This document shows positions 43,341-53,143 of a DNA stretch of 64,000 nt, piece by piece (position 1 is the stretch's first letter; every line of letters starts with the position of its first letter). The notes below the pieces were generated by a model. That model was not told the origin of the DNA and did not search any database. It worked only from the letters and a program-made list of their open reading frames with translations. This DNA comes from Planctomycetota bacterium (GTDB taxonomy: Bacteria; Planctomycetota; UBA1135; UBA2386). Both the position numbers and the translations under genes were made by a program. Where the stretch lies: positions 4,256,001 to 4,320,000 of the forward strand of contig OZ245838.1 in assembly GCA_965228735.1 (NCBI GenBank), in the 5' to 3' direction.

Positions 43341-46022
43341 CTACCGCTGCAGCTCCCGCGACGGCCGCACCCCGAGGCCCGGATAGGTGAAATCGAGCAC
43401 GAAACGCGCCCGCCGAGCCGAGCGCTGCGCCGACGCCGGCTCGGAGAAGCACCCGGACCGCACGGCCATGTAGCGGCTGTTCGTGCGCGGCCGGTAACCA
43501 TCGCCCGCACGCACCGGCGTCTCGTAGCTGCCATGCCAGTCCCGGCACCACTCCATCACGTTCCCGGCGGTGTCGTGCAGCCCGAACCGATTGGCCTCGA
43601 ACGAACCGACGGGTGCGTGGTGCGTGAAGCCATCGTCCCAGTCCTCGAGCGTCCACGTCACCCGCGCGTTCTTCGAGATGCGCGGGTTCTGGTCCGCGAC
43701 GTTTGCCGCCCCGATCAGGCTGCGCTTGTCGTCACCGGTCCACCAGATCGTCGATGTTCCGGCCCGCGCCGCGTACTCCCACTGGGCCTCGGTCGGCAAC
43801 TCGCACTCGAGGCGCAGCAGCCATTGGCGCGCGTCAAAGTAGGAGATCATCTCGACGGGATGCGCGAGCGAGATCGTATGCGTGCGCAGCTTCGTGCCGG
43901 CGGTATGCCCGCTCGGGTTGTCGCCCGTGACGCGCAACCATTGACCCTGCGTCATCTCGAACTTCGACAGGAAGAACGCATCGAGTTCGATCTCCGCGGT
44001 CGGTTCCTCGATCCGCGTGAGACCAGGGTCGACGTTCGGCTGCCCGACGCCATGCTCGCCATCGGGCCGGATCGCGCCGATCGTGAACCGACCCGGCGGC
44101 ACGAGAACGAACACGAGACCGCTCGACTCGTCGATGTCGAGGCGGCCGTCGCCGCCGCGCCGCGGGACGCGGCCGGTCTGCGGGTGCCCGAACTCGAACA
44201 GGCCGCTCACCGGGTCGCGTCCGAGCGGCACGAGCCCGGTCTGCGGCGTGAGCTGCAACCCGTCGTAGCGCGGATCCGCGGCGACGGCGGCGATCGTGTC
44301 GCGCCAGTCGGCTCGACGACTCGCGACCGTCAGGTCGTCGACCTCGAGGGCGAAGCCGCGCCGCGCCTCGATGCGTGCCACGCGATCCGCCAGGAGCGGG
44401 ATGCCCTCGACCAGCTCCGTGAGCTCGAAGTACTCCCGAACGAGATCCGGGTCGTCGAACGGCGAAGCCTGCCGGAGGCGGTCGCGTTCGTAATTGCTGA
44501 TCAGCGCCTCGTCGAACAGGCTCATGTGGCGATCGAACGGTCCATCACCGCGACTCTGGATCTTGCTGCGCCGTTTCGCGATCGCGGCTCGGAGACTCAC
44601 GAGCTCCGCGGCCGTGGTCGGGTCGCGCTGCCGCGCCCGGCCGTCGAGGGTCGCGAGCCGCGCTTCATAGTCCGGCAGCGCCGCCTGCAGCGCGTGCGCC
44701 CGCTCGAGCCAGTGGTCCATTCCGCGCGGGCCGGTGACGCGCTCCTCGGTCGCCGGCCACAGGAACTGCTCCTCCCGCGGCAGGTCGCGCAGCGTCAGCA
44801 CCGCCATCGTCGTGGCCTTGGCCTCCTGCTCGGCCCGCAACCCGCCCAGCAGATCGAGCGAAACGAAGAGCGCCGTGGCCAGCACGGCCACCGTGAGCAC
44901 GAGGCTCGCGAGCGCGAGGGCGGCAGCCGGCTTGCGCCGCGCCCACTTCCAACTCCGTCGCACGAACCCCGGCGGCGCCGCCGCGATCGGTCGACGCTCG
45001 AGAACGGCCAGGAGGTCGTCGGCGAACGCTTCCGCGCTCGGGTAGCGGTCCTCGGGATTCTTCTCGATCGCCTTCTGCACGACCACCGCCAGGTCGCGCG
45101 AAACGGCCCGATTGAGCCGTCGTGCCGCCGGCGGATCCGTCGTGAGGATCTGCCGAAACACCTGCTCGCGAGTCTCACCGCGGAACGGCAGCTCGTTCGT
45201 CAAGCAGCAATGCAGCGTGACACCGAGCGAGAAGACGTCCGATCGCGGCCCGATGTCACTGCGGGCGTCGACCTGCTCCGGCGAAGCGAAGTTCGGCGAA
45301 CCCTGGAACGTGCCGCTGACCGTCAGCGTCTCGGCATCTGCATCGCGCGCGAGGCCGAAGTCGAGCAGAACGGCGCGATCAGCGGCCGCGATCCGGATGT
45401 TGGACGGTTTGACGTCGCGGTGGACGATCCCGGCCGCGTGCGCGGCGGCGAGACCGCGCGCGATGTCGTGGATCCAGCGGCACACCTGTTCCGCCGACAG
45501 CAGTCGGTCCTCGGCGCGCGCTTCGGCCACGACCTCGTCGAGCGGCTGACCGGCGAGGAGCTCCATCGCGAGGAACGCGACGCCGTCGTGATCACCGGCA
45601 TCGTAGACGGTGACGATGTTGGGATGCTGGAGCCGCGCGACCGCGAGCGCCTCGCGGCGAAAGCGCTCCTGCGCCGACGTGCCGGCGTGCAGTGCCTTGA
45701 TCGTCTTGAGCGCGACGAGACGCCTGGTCGGATCGTGCCTCGCCAGATAGACGACGCCCATGCTGCCCTCGCCGAGTCGGCGCAAGAGCCGATACTGCCC
45801 GATCCGCTCGATCATCGGCATCGCGGCCGACTCCCCGCCAACGAGGCCGAACCCAACGAGCGAGCCGAGCAGCTTGCGCAACTCGTCGGCGACATCGGGG
45901 TGGGCTGCGAGAATCTTCTCGACAGCCGGCACTCCGCTCTTTTCCCCGGCTTCGATACACTCGTACAGCAGCTGTTCGAGCGCCGCCTCCTCGTCCGGAA
46001 CTGTCGGGAACGGATCCGTCAT
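43341..46022 (-). CDS. Hanks-type Ser/Thr protein kinase with TM and C-terminal FGE-sulfatase (SUMF1) domain
   Basis: GEGSMGVVY, VALK, HRDVKPSN, DFGLAR, SPEQ; LPTEAQWEYAARAG, FGLHDTAGNVMEWC, GVRP. Confidence 0.93.
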   Translation of the reverse strand: MTDPFPTVPDEEAALEQLLYECIEAGEKSGVPAVEKILAAHPDVADELRKLLGSLVGFGLVGGESAAMPMIERIGQYRLLRRLGEGSMGVVYLARHDPTRRLVALKTIKALHAGTSAQERFRREALAVARLQHPNIVTVYDAGDHDGVAFLAMELLAGQPLDEVVAEARAEDRLLSAEQVCRWIHDIARGLAAAHAAGIVHRDVKPSNIRIAAADRAVLLDFGLARDADAETLTVSGTFQGSPNFASPEQVDARSDIGPRSDVFSLGVTLHCCLTNELPFRGETREQVFRQILTTDPPAARRLNRAVSRDLAVVVQKAIEKNPEDRYPSAEAFADDLLAVLERRPIAAAPPGFVRRSWKWARRKPAAALALASLVLTVAVLATALFVSLDLLGGLRAEQEAKATTMAVLTLRDLPREEQFLWPATEERVTGPRGMDHWLERAHALQAALPDYEARLATLDGRARQRDPTTAAELVSLRAAIAKRRSKIQSRGDGPFDRHMSLFDEALISNYERDRLRQASPFDDPDLVREYFELTELVEGIPLLADRVARIEARRGFALEVDDLTVASRRADWRDTIAAVAADPRYDGLQLTPQTGLVPLGRDPVSGLFEFGHPQTGRVPRRGGDGRLDIDESSGLVFVLVPPGRFTIGAIRPDGEHGVGQPNVDPGLTRIEEPTAEIELDAFFLSKFEMTQGQWLRVTGDNPSGHTAGTKLRTHTISLAHPVEMISYFDARQWLLRLECELPTEAQWEYAARAGTSTIWWTGDDKRSLIGAANVADQNPRISKNARVTWTLEDWDDGFTHHAPVGSFEANRFGLHDTAGNVMEWCRDWHGSYETPVRAGDGYRPRTNSRYMAVRSGCFSEPASAQRSARRARFVLDFTYPGLGVRPSRELQR

Positions 46023-46093
46023 GATCGTCGGGCGTGAGCGATACCCGCGAGTCGATAGCGTAGCTTCCTCCGGCCCGGTGCCGGGGACCACTG

Positions 46094-46672
46094 ATGACCG
46101 AATTCGAAGGCCTCCTGGAACGCGCCCGCGCGGGGAACCGTGACGCCGTCGAGCGCCTGCTCGAACGTCACCTCCACGGACTCCGGGCCTACGTTCGCCT
46201 GCACAGCGGCCGCGACCTGCGCGCGCTCGAATCGCACTCGGACCTCGTGCAGTCCGTCTGCCGCGAGGCTCTGAACAGCCTGCAGGACGCCAGAGCCGAC
46301 GACGAACCGACGTTCCGTCAGTGGCTCTACTCGATCGCGCGCCACAAGATCATCGGGAAGGTCGACTTCCATCGCGCCCAGAAGCGTGACGTGCGCCGAC
46401 TCATGCCCGACGGCGAAGCCGCGTTGCTCAGGGCCTACGGCTCGTTCTGCTCGCCGAGCCAGGAGGCCAGTCAGCGCGAGCAGGTCAGCGCCATCGAAGC
46501 CGCGTTCGATCAGCTGTCGGAGGATCATCGTCGGGTCATTCTCGAAGCATGCCTGCTGGGTCGACCGCACGCGGAGCTGGCAGCCGAAATGGGCCGCAGC
46601 GAGGAGGCGTTGCGGCAGCTGCTGTCCCGGGCGCGTGCCCGTCTCGCGATGCTGCTGCGGGGCTCGGCGTGA
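46094..46672 (+). CDS. ECF sigma factor, kinase-associated type
   Basis: LRAYVRL...ESHSDLVQSV, FRQWLYSIARHK, FHRAQKRDVRR, SPSQ, GRSEEALRQLLSRARARL. Confidence 0.9.
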   Translation: MTEFEGLLERARAGNRDAVERLLERHLHGLRAYVRLHSGRDLRALESHSDLVQSVCREALNSLQDARADDEPTFRQWLYSIARHKIIGKVDFHRAQKRDVRRLMPDGEAALLRAYGSFCSPSQEASQREQVSAIEAAFDQLSEDHRRVILEACLLGRPHAELAAEMGRSEEALRQLLSRARARLAMLLRGSA

Positions 46673-46688
46673 CGGCCGCGCGGTCGAG

Positions 46689-48116
46689 TTACTGATCGGG
46701 GCCGATCACGCCGATGCAGGCGTTGGTAACCGCGACGCCGTCGTTACCGCTGAAGATGATTCCCTGCGCGAACAGCGGCACACCGGCGAACGTCGTGTCG
46801 TTCGGCAACGTCCCCGTGAACACCGCGGAACCGTCGGGCGCGGTCGTCGCGAGCGGCAGCGTTGCGCCGACCTTCACGTAGATCACGTCGTCGAGGCCGA
46901 ACGGCGACAGCAACGTCGGTGGGTCGTGCAGTTCGAGCCCCACGATCATCGCCATCAGCGCGTTCGGGGTGGCGCCGTACACCTGCACCCCGTAGCCGAA
47001 CCCGACCAGCGGCGGCGCGAACATCGTCGTGAACCCGACGCTGCCGTCGCTGCCGGGCGTGCCGGCCCCGATGATCGTCACGGGCGCTGGGTCCTGGAGC
47101 CGAACGGTGTCGCTGCCGCTCGCCGTGAAAAGCGTGAGCTCGACCAGGTTCTGCCTGAAACTCGCGAGCTGCGCAGGCGACAACGGGATGGGTTGGAAGC
47201 CGAAGACCCCGCCGCCGAGGTTGACCCCGATCGCCATCAGAGCGTTCGTGCCGACCTCGCGCAGGTCGACTGCCGTCACGGTCTCGGGATAGTCCGCCGT
47301 CAGGACCGTGCCCGCGAGCCCGTCACCCGGCAGCAACTGGAACGTCGCGATCGCATTGTCGGTCGCGCCGTCGGTCGAGCTCGTGAGCGACTCTCGGAGC
47401 CGGCGCTCGAATCGCGAGTCCCCGGTGCCGAGCACGTTTCCGCCGCCGTCCTTCACGCGGGCGAACGTGCCGTTCTTGATCACGTCGATCTCGGATTTCG
47501 TGAGCAGCTGCAGACCGTTGAACGACGGTCCGGTGCCGAGCGGGATCGTCGTCGACCCGGGGTTCTGCGGGGTGCCTTCGACGAGCTCGAACTCGTTCGC
47601 CTGCGTCGTGCCCGTGCCGAGCTGCACGACCATCTGGCCCGTCTGCTCGAAGACGGTGAAGTAGCCGCCACCCGGCGACGGTCCGTTCACCGTGAAGACC
47701 CCCTCGAGCGGCCGCGCCCGCCGCAGCACATCCGTGAGCGTGGCGCCGTTGCCCGGGATGCTCACGGTTGCGAGCCCCTGGCCGATGATGTTCACCAGAG
47801 CGACGTCCGAGACCACGAGGGAGAAGACCGCCTTGGCGTTCGGCGGCGAGCCGATGACGCCATTCGACGTGAACGCGAAGGTGCCGACCGGGGACAGCAC
47901 GGTCGGGTTCGCGCTCCCGTGACTCACCGGAACGATCAGTTCGAGGAGGACGAGCGGCCCCTGGATGTAGCCGGTCACCTCGGCCGGCCCCTCGCCCGCG
48001 TTGACGCCGGGCCGCGCGCCGACCGGCACCGGCGTTCCGGCAGCCTGCGCGCCCGCAATGCCGGGGGTGAGAATGGTGAGGCCGAGGACGAGAGAACGGA
48101 GACCGTTGGAGTTCAT
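46689..48116 (-). CDS. Secreted hypothetical protein with shared C-terminal domain
   Basis: Signal ...GIAGAQ; C-terminus LPNDTTFAGVPLFAQG...VTNA. Confidence 0.8.
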   Translation of the reverse strand: MNSNGLRSLVLGLTILTPGIAGAQAAGTPVPVGARPGVNAGEGPAEVTGYIQGPLVLLELIVPVSHGSANPTVLSPVGTFAFTSNGVIGSPPNAKAVFSLVVSDVALVNIIGQGLATVSIPGNGATLTDVLRRARPLEGVFTVNGPSPGGGYFTVFEQTGQMVVQLGTGTTQANEFELVEGTPQNPGSTTIPLGTGPSFNGLQLLTKSEIDVIKNGTFARVKDGGGNVLGTGDSRFERRLRESLTSSTDGATDNAIATFQLLPGDGLAGTVLTADYPETVTAVDLREVGTNALMAIGVNLGGGVFGFQPIPLSPAQLASFRQNLVELTLFTASGSDTVRLQDPAPVTIIGAGTPGSDGSVGFTTMFAPPLVGFGYGVQVYGATPNALMAMIVGLELHDPPTLLSPFGLDDVIYVKVGATLPLATTAPDGSAVFTGTLPNDTTFAGVPLFAQGIIFSGNDGVAVTNACIGVIGPDQ

Positions 48117-48206
48117 GCCAGTTCGGGGAGCCGGCGGCCGCTCACGTGACGCCCGATTCGGACTTTCTTGGCGCCGGGCGCCCGGCCTCGCTCGGGCGGC
48201 CGGGCG

Positions 48207-48722
48207 TCAGCCGACAGCACCCCGCGACAGCGGCAGGCCGACGCCCTCGTGCTCGAGCAGGCGACGCTTGCGCTCCAGGCCGCCGGCGTAGCCCGTGAGC
48301 GACCCGTCGCGGCCGATGATGCGGTGGCATGGCACGACGATCGCGATCGGGTTCTTGCCGTTCGCCGCGCCGACCGCGCGGACGGCCGTCGGGCGACCGA
48401 TCGTCTCGGCGATCTCCGAGTAGCTCGTCGTCGCGCCGAACGGGACGTCGCAGAGTGCGCGCCAGACCGACTGCTGGAACGGGGTTCCCCGCGGCGCGAG
48501 GTCGAGCTCGAACTCACGCCGGCGGCCCTGGAAGTACTCCTCGAGCTGGCGTCGCGCCGGCGAACGGCGGCCATCGGTCCAGGCGATCTCCTCGTCGGGC
48601 TCGGTCAGGTCCTCCGCGAACGCTCGATCACGGCCGAACGTCACGACGAGCAGCGCGTCGTCGCGCTCGGCGAGCATCACCTGGTCGAACGGTCCACGCA
48701 CCACACAGCACTTCACGGTCAT
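48207..48722 (-). CDS. ogt: Methylated-DNA-[protein]-cysteine S-methyltransferase
   Basis: GTPFQQSVW, RAVGAANGKNP, VPCHR, LTGYAGG. Confidence 0.95.
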   Translation of the reverse strand: MTVKCCVVRGPFDQVMLAERDDALLVVTFGRDRAFAEDLTEPDEEIAWTDGRRSPARRQLEEYFQGRRREFELDLAPRGTPFQQSVWRALCDVPFGATTSYSEIAETIGRPTAVRAVGAANGKNPIAIVVPCHRIIGRDGSLTGYAGGLERKRRLLEHEGVGLPLSRGAVG

Positions 48723-48726
48723 CGAA

Positions 48727-50199
48727 TCACCTCTTCGTGGTCGTCTTCTTCTTCGGGTCTGCTCGTGGCTTGTCGAGCGAGCGCCACAGATGCCAGCACG
48801 CCAGACTCCGGAACGGCGCGAACGGCTCGAGCAGGCGCACGGTCTCCTCGGCGTCGGGGCGCACATCGAGCTCGAGCCAGGCCTGCAATCCGCTCGTGAT
48901 CCCCGTGTCGCCGATCGGCGCGCAATCGCCGAAGCCGTAGCCGCGCATCATCACGTAGTTGCTCGACCACGGGCCGACGCCGCGCTGGCGCAGCAACGTG
49001 CGTTCGGCGTGCACCGCGGAGCCCGCACCGAGCTCGTCGAGCGACAGTTCGCCGCCGTCGATCGCGCTGGCCGTGTCGCGCAGGTATTCGATCTTGCGCC
49101 CGGAGAACTGCCGCTTGCGCAGCGCTGCCGGCGAAGTCGCGGCGACGGCGGCCGGTGTCGGGTGGACGAGCAGGTCGCCGATCCGCGGCGCGTCCGCAAC
49201 CTCGAACAGCGCGGCGCGACAGCGGAACGCGAGCGCGAGGTTGATCTGCTGTCCGATGACCGACCAGCAGAACGCCTCGAACGGCGAGCCGTTCTGCAGG
49301 ACGCGCATGCCGGGCCGCGGACTCACGAGCCGGCGCTGGTCGGGGTCGCGGCGCACGCGGCGCTCGAACGGCCCGGGGTCGTCGTGCAGACCGAGCAGGC
49401 CGAGGGCGATCGAGTGCGCCGCTGCCATCGCTGCCGGGCTCGGCCTGCGCGCCGTGGTCACGGTGCAGCGCACCCGCGCCTTCTGGATCGCGAGTTCGAG
49501 CACGGCAGGCGTGTCGCCGAGCCAGACGCCCTTGCTGCAGACCCGCCCCTTCACCTGCTGGTCCGGCGCGTCCGTGTCGCGTGCGAGCTGGCGCAGGGTG
49601 TCGTCGTGGCGGAAATCCGCGGGCAGCTGCAGCGTGAACGGCTCGCCGGACTGCAGCGCGCGATAGGCCCGCGGCGTCATGCGCTGGACCAGCGCAAACG
49701 CGTCGTGGAACGCGGACTGGCTCAGAAACCCCGCGTCGAGCGCGATGTCGAGGATGCGGCGATCGGTCGCGAGCAGCTGCCTCGCGGCGAACGCGACGCG
49801 GGCGCGCTGCAGCGCGAGCGCCGGCGTCGTGTGGCCATGGCGGCGGAACAGGTCGTTGAGTCCCGTGCTCGCGAGCCCGGCCAGCCGCCCGACGTCCGCG
49901 ACGCGTTCGAATTCGCCGGGCACGGACCGCAGGCGCGCGTTCACGCCGTCCCAGAGGGCGAGCTCCGGGTCGCCCGCCGCGAGGAAGCGATCCGGCTTGC
50001 AGCGCCGGCACGGCCGCAGGCCCGCGGCGCGCGCCGCCGACTCGGTGCGAAAGCAGCGCACGTTCTCGGGCTTGGGGCGGCGCGCGGGACACGACGCCAG
50101 GCAATAGATCCCGGTCGTCGTCACCCCCGTGACGAAGCGGCCGTCCCACGCGCGGTCCCGCGCGAAGAAGCGTTGCAGCAGATCGTGGTCGTCGTTCAC
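48727..50199 (-). CDS. alkA: Ada metal-binding / AraC / AlkA DNA-3-methyladenine glycosylase fusion
   Basis: GVTTTGIYCLASC, PCRRCKP, AraC HTH, GQQINL, GVGPW (HhH), PFRS. Confidence 0.92.
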   Translation of the reverse strand: MNDDHDLLQRFFARDRAWDGRFVTGVTTTGIYCLASCPARRPKPENVRCFRTESAARAAGLRPCRRCKPDRFLAAGDPELALWDGVNARLRSVPGEFERVADVGRLAGLASTGLNDLFRRHGHTTPALALQRARVAFAARQLLATDRRILDIALDAGFLSQSAFHDAFALVQRMTPRAYRALQSGEPFTLQLPADFRHDDTLRQLARDTDAPDQQVKGRVCSKGVWLGDTPAVLELAIQKARVRCTVTTARRPSPAAMAAAHSIALGLLGLHDDPGPFERRVRRDPDQRRLVSPRPGMRVLQNGSPFEAFCWSVIGQQINLALAFRCRAALFEVADAPRIGDLLVHPTPAAVAATSPAALRKRQFSGRKIEYLRDTASAIDGGELSLDELGAGSAVHAERTLLRQRGVGPWSSNYVMMRGYGFGDCAPIGDTGITSGLQAWLELDVRPDAEETVRLLEPFAPFRSLACWHLWRSLDKPRADPKKKTTTKR

Positions 50200-50283
50200 G
50201 CGCCCCAATGGAGCACGTCGGCCGCATCGCGTCGTCCGGATTCCACCGGGCAAACTCGGAGTCGCTTCGTTCCGTCACGGCGC

Positions 50284-50313
50284 TTGACATCAGCGGCCGC
50301 GAGGGCGCACACT
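50284..50313 (+). promoter_or_regulatory. Putative sigma-70 promoter of the lysine operon
   Basis: TTGACA at 50284 and CACACT 18 nt later, just before the riboswitch. Confidence 0.5.
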
Positions 50314-50320
50314 GCGTGCT

Positions 50321-50519
50321 ACCGCTGGAGGAGCGGTCGCGATCAGTACTCGCAACGAGGGCGACGGCCCGTCGAGTTGCGACGAAAGGCGACGACCGCC
50401 GAAGCGGACGACCCGACGTGCGGGCCGTTCGCTGGGCGTCGAGGCCAATACCTCGGCGGCTGTCGCGCCGACTGCCACCGCTCGTTGCGGGGGTGACCGG
50501 GGCGGAGAGCCAGTGCGGT
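50321..50519 (+). ncRNA. Lysine riboswitch (L-box)
   Basis: Ordered motifs GAGGAGCG...AGTA...GAAAGG...CGCCGAA...CTGGG...AATA...CTGTC...GGAGAGC; ends pair (ACCGC-TGG / CCAGTGCGGT); upstream of lysC/dap genes. Confidence 0.88.
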
Positions 50520-50584
50520 GGCCGAGTGCTCGGCCGGCGCGGTGGGTCCTTCGACGGTTTCGAACTCGAACCGAGCGTGACCCC

Positions 50585-51667
50585 GTGACCCAACCGCAGC
50601 CCGCACCATCGTCCAGCCCTGCAGACTCATCCGTCCGATCGAGCGCCTCCTGGCTCCTCGACCGCACCGAGGTGCTGTGCCGCGCCGACACGACGACCGG
50701 CCGCGAGGACCACGGCCTGCCCGCGCTGCGCGGACTGCTCCGCGAACTCGCGGGGACGATCGAGCTGCAGCAGGTGGCGCCGGGCCGTCACAACGTGCTC
50801 GCGACCTGGGGTCGGCCGCAGCTGCTCTTCTCGACGCATCTCGACACGGTTCCGCCGTTCCTGCCGCCGACGCGTCAGGGCGACGTGCTCCGCGGGCGCG
50901 GCACGTGTGACGCGAAGGGTCAGATCACCGCGCAGCTCGCGGCGATCCGCGCCCTGCTCGATCGCGGGCACGACGGCTTCGCGTGGCTCGGCGTCGTCGG
51001 CGAGGAGACGGACAGCATCGGCGCAGCCGCGGCCGCGGCGGAGTTCGCGTCGCGCCTCACGGATTGCCGCGGCCTGATCAACGGCGAGCCGACCGAGAAC
51101 GTGCTCGCGAGCGGGCAACGCGGTTCGATGCAGATCAAGATCGCGACGACCGGCCTCGCCGCGCACAGCGGCACGCCGGAGCTCGGACGCTCGGCGATCT
51201 GGCCGCTGCTCGACTGGGTGCAGAAGCTGCGCGAGCTGCCGATCCGGGACGATCCCGAGTTCGGCCCCGAGGTGTGGAATCTCGGCGTGCTGCGCGGCGG
51301 CCAGGCGCCGAACGTGATCCCGGACGCCGCGCACGCGACGCTGTTCGCGCGCACGCTGCCGGACTCCGAGTTCCTGGCGCGCGTGCGCGAACTCGCGCCG
51401 CGTGAGGGCGAAGTCGGTGAGATCGCGGAGACGCCACCCGAGCGCTTCGCGGACCTGCCGGGCTTTCCGCGGCGGCCGGTTACGTTCGGCAGCGACGCAC
51501 CGCGACTGCGCAAGCTCGTGCCGAACGGTCTCGTGACGATGTGCGGCCCGGGCAGCATCCGCGTCGCGCATACGCTCGAGGAGCACATCACGGGCGACGA
51601 CCTCGTGCGCGGCGTGGACCTGCTCGTCGCGATGGCGGAGACGATGCTCGAGGGCGATCGGCGATGA
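50585..51667 (+). CDS. M20-family metallo-deacylase (ArgE/DapE-like)
   Basis: THLDTVPP, GRGTCDAKG, VGEET, GEPT, GPGSIRVAHTLEE. Confidence 0.88.
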   Translation: MTQPQPAPSSSPADSSVRSSASWLLDRTEVLCRADTTTGREDHGLPALRGLLRELAGTIELQQVAPGRHNVLATWGRPQLLFSTHLDTVPPFLPPTRQGDVLRGRGTCDAKGQITAQLAAIRALLDRGHDGFAWLGVVGEETDSIGAAAAAAEFASRLTDCRGLINGEPTENVLASGQRGSMQIKIATTGLAAHSGTPELGRSAIWPLLDWVQKLRELPIRDDPEFGPEVWNLGVLRGGQAPNVIPDAAHATLFARTLPDSEFLARVRELAPREGEVGEIAETPPERFADLPGFPRRPVTFGSDAPRLRKLVPNGLVTMCGPGSIRVAHTLEEHITGDDLVRGVDLLVAMAETMLEGDRR

Positions 51668-53139
51668 TCGGCGGCGCCAACCGCGAACCGGGCGAGCGCC
51701 GCGAACTCGTCGTGATGAAGTTCGGCGGCTCGTCGCTGCAGGACGCCGACCGATTGCGCGCGGCCGTCGATCGCGTGGTGGCCGCCCGCGATCAGCAGCC
51801 GTGCGTCGTGCTGTCCGCGATGGGCCGCACGACCGACACGCTCCTCTGCGCCGCGCGCGCGGCCGAGGCCGGCGGTGACGACGCCGGCACCGAGGCGCTC
51901 GCCATCGCCGACGGCGTGTTCGCCGATGCGGCGAAAGTTGCGGACGAGGCCCTGACCGGCGTGGCCGCGATGGACGAGGCGGCCGCGGTCGCGAACGTTC
52001 TCGCCGAACTCCGCGCCGAGGTCCTCGTGCTGCTGCGTGGCACTCACCTCCTGCGCGAACTGTCGTCCCGCACCCGGGACGCGATCGTCGCGCACGGCGA
52101 ACGCGCGGCCACGGCGCTGTTCTCGGCGATGCTCCGCCAGCGCGGCATCGAGACCGTGGAGGTCGACGCGCGGACCGTCATCCGCACGGACGATCGCTTC
52201 GGCAACGCGCGTCCTGATCCGACCGCGATCCGTGACCTCGCCAGGGCCCGGATCGCACCCGTGCTCGAACGCGGCGCCGTCGTCGTCACGCAGGGCTTCA
52301 TCGGCGCGACCGCCCAAGGCTTCACGACGACGCTCGGCCGCGGCGGCAGCGACTGGTCCGCAGCGTTGCTCGGCGCGGCCCTCGGCGCGACCGAGGTGCA
52401 GATCTGGACCGACGTCGAGGGGGTCCTCTCGGCCGACCCACGGACGGTTCCGAACGCCCGCCCCGTGCCGGTCCTGAGTCCGCCCGAAGCCGCCGAGCTC
52501 GCGGCGTTCGGCGCCCGCGTGCTGCACCCCGCGACGATCCAGCCCGCGATCGACGCCGCGATCCCGGTCACCGTGCGTCACACGATGCGCCCCGACGGCG
52601 CGTTCACCACGATCGACCCGCGGCGAACCCACACGGCCCGCGGCGTCGCCGCGCTGGCGCACCGCGGCCCCGTCACCGTCCTGACGATGACGAGTCGTCG
52701 CATGCTCGCAGCCGCGGGCTACCTCGCGCGGTTGTTCCAGGCGTTCGGCGACCTCGACATCTGCGTCGACCTCGTCGTCACGGCGGAGGTGTCGGTCGCG
52801 TGCACGGTCGAACCCGACGCCCCGCTGGACCGGCTGGTCGCGGCGCTCGACGGGCTCGCGCACGTCGAGATCGCGCGCGATCGCGCGATCGTCGCGGCGG
52901 TCGGCGAGGGCCTGCGGCGCTCACCCGGAACGATCGAGCGCGCCGCCAAGGCCCTCCGCCCCATCGTGCCCGAGCTCGTCAGCATGGGCGGCAACGACCG
53001 CAACCTGTCCGTCGTCGTCGCCATGCACGAAGTCGACGACGCGATGCGACGGCTGCACGACGCGTTCTTCCCGCGGTCCCGGCGCGCGCCGGGCGGCGGT
53101 ACGACGACCATCAACAAGACCGAAGAGAGCCCGGCCTGA
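51664..53139 (+). CDS. lysC: Aspartate kinase
   Basis: VMKFGGSS, SAMGRTTD, TLGRGGSD, WTDVEG, GARVLHP, two ACT-like domains. Confidence 0.95.
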   Translation: MIGGANREPGERRELVVMKFGGSSLQDADRLRAAVDRVVAARDQQPCVVLSAMGRTTDTLLCAARAAEAGGDDAGTEALAIADGVFADAAKVADEALTGVAAMDEAAAVANVLAELRAEVLVLLRGTHLLRELSSRTRDAIVAHGERAATALFSAMLRQRGIETVEVDARTVIRTDDRFGNARPDPTAIRDLARARIAPVLERGAVVVTQGFIGATAQGFTTTLGRGGSDWSAALLGAALGATEVQIWTDVEGVLSADPRTVPNARPVPVLSPPEAAELAAFGARVLHPATIQPAIDAAIPVTVRHTMRPDGAFTTIDPRRTHTARGVAALAHRGPVTVLTMTSRRMLAAAGYLARLFQAFGDLDICVDLVVTAEVSVACTVEPDAPLDRLVAALDGLAHVEIARDRAIVAAVGEGLRRSPGTIERAAKALRPIVPELVSMGGNDRNLSVVVAMHEVDDAMRRLHDAFFPRSRRAPGGGTTTINKTEESPA

Positions 53140-53143
53140 CACC

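Noticed and set aside
39689..46037. 1210-aa and 959-aa + strand ORFs
   Set aside because: Shadows of the beta-helix and kinase genes.
48207..50199. Ada-AlkA fusion with ogt as a novel system
   Set aside because: Well-known adaptive-response arrangement.
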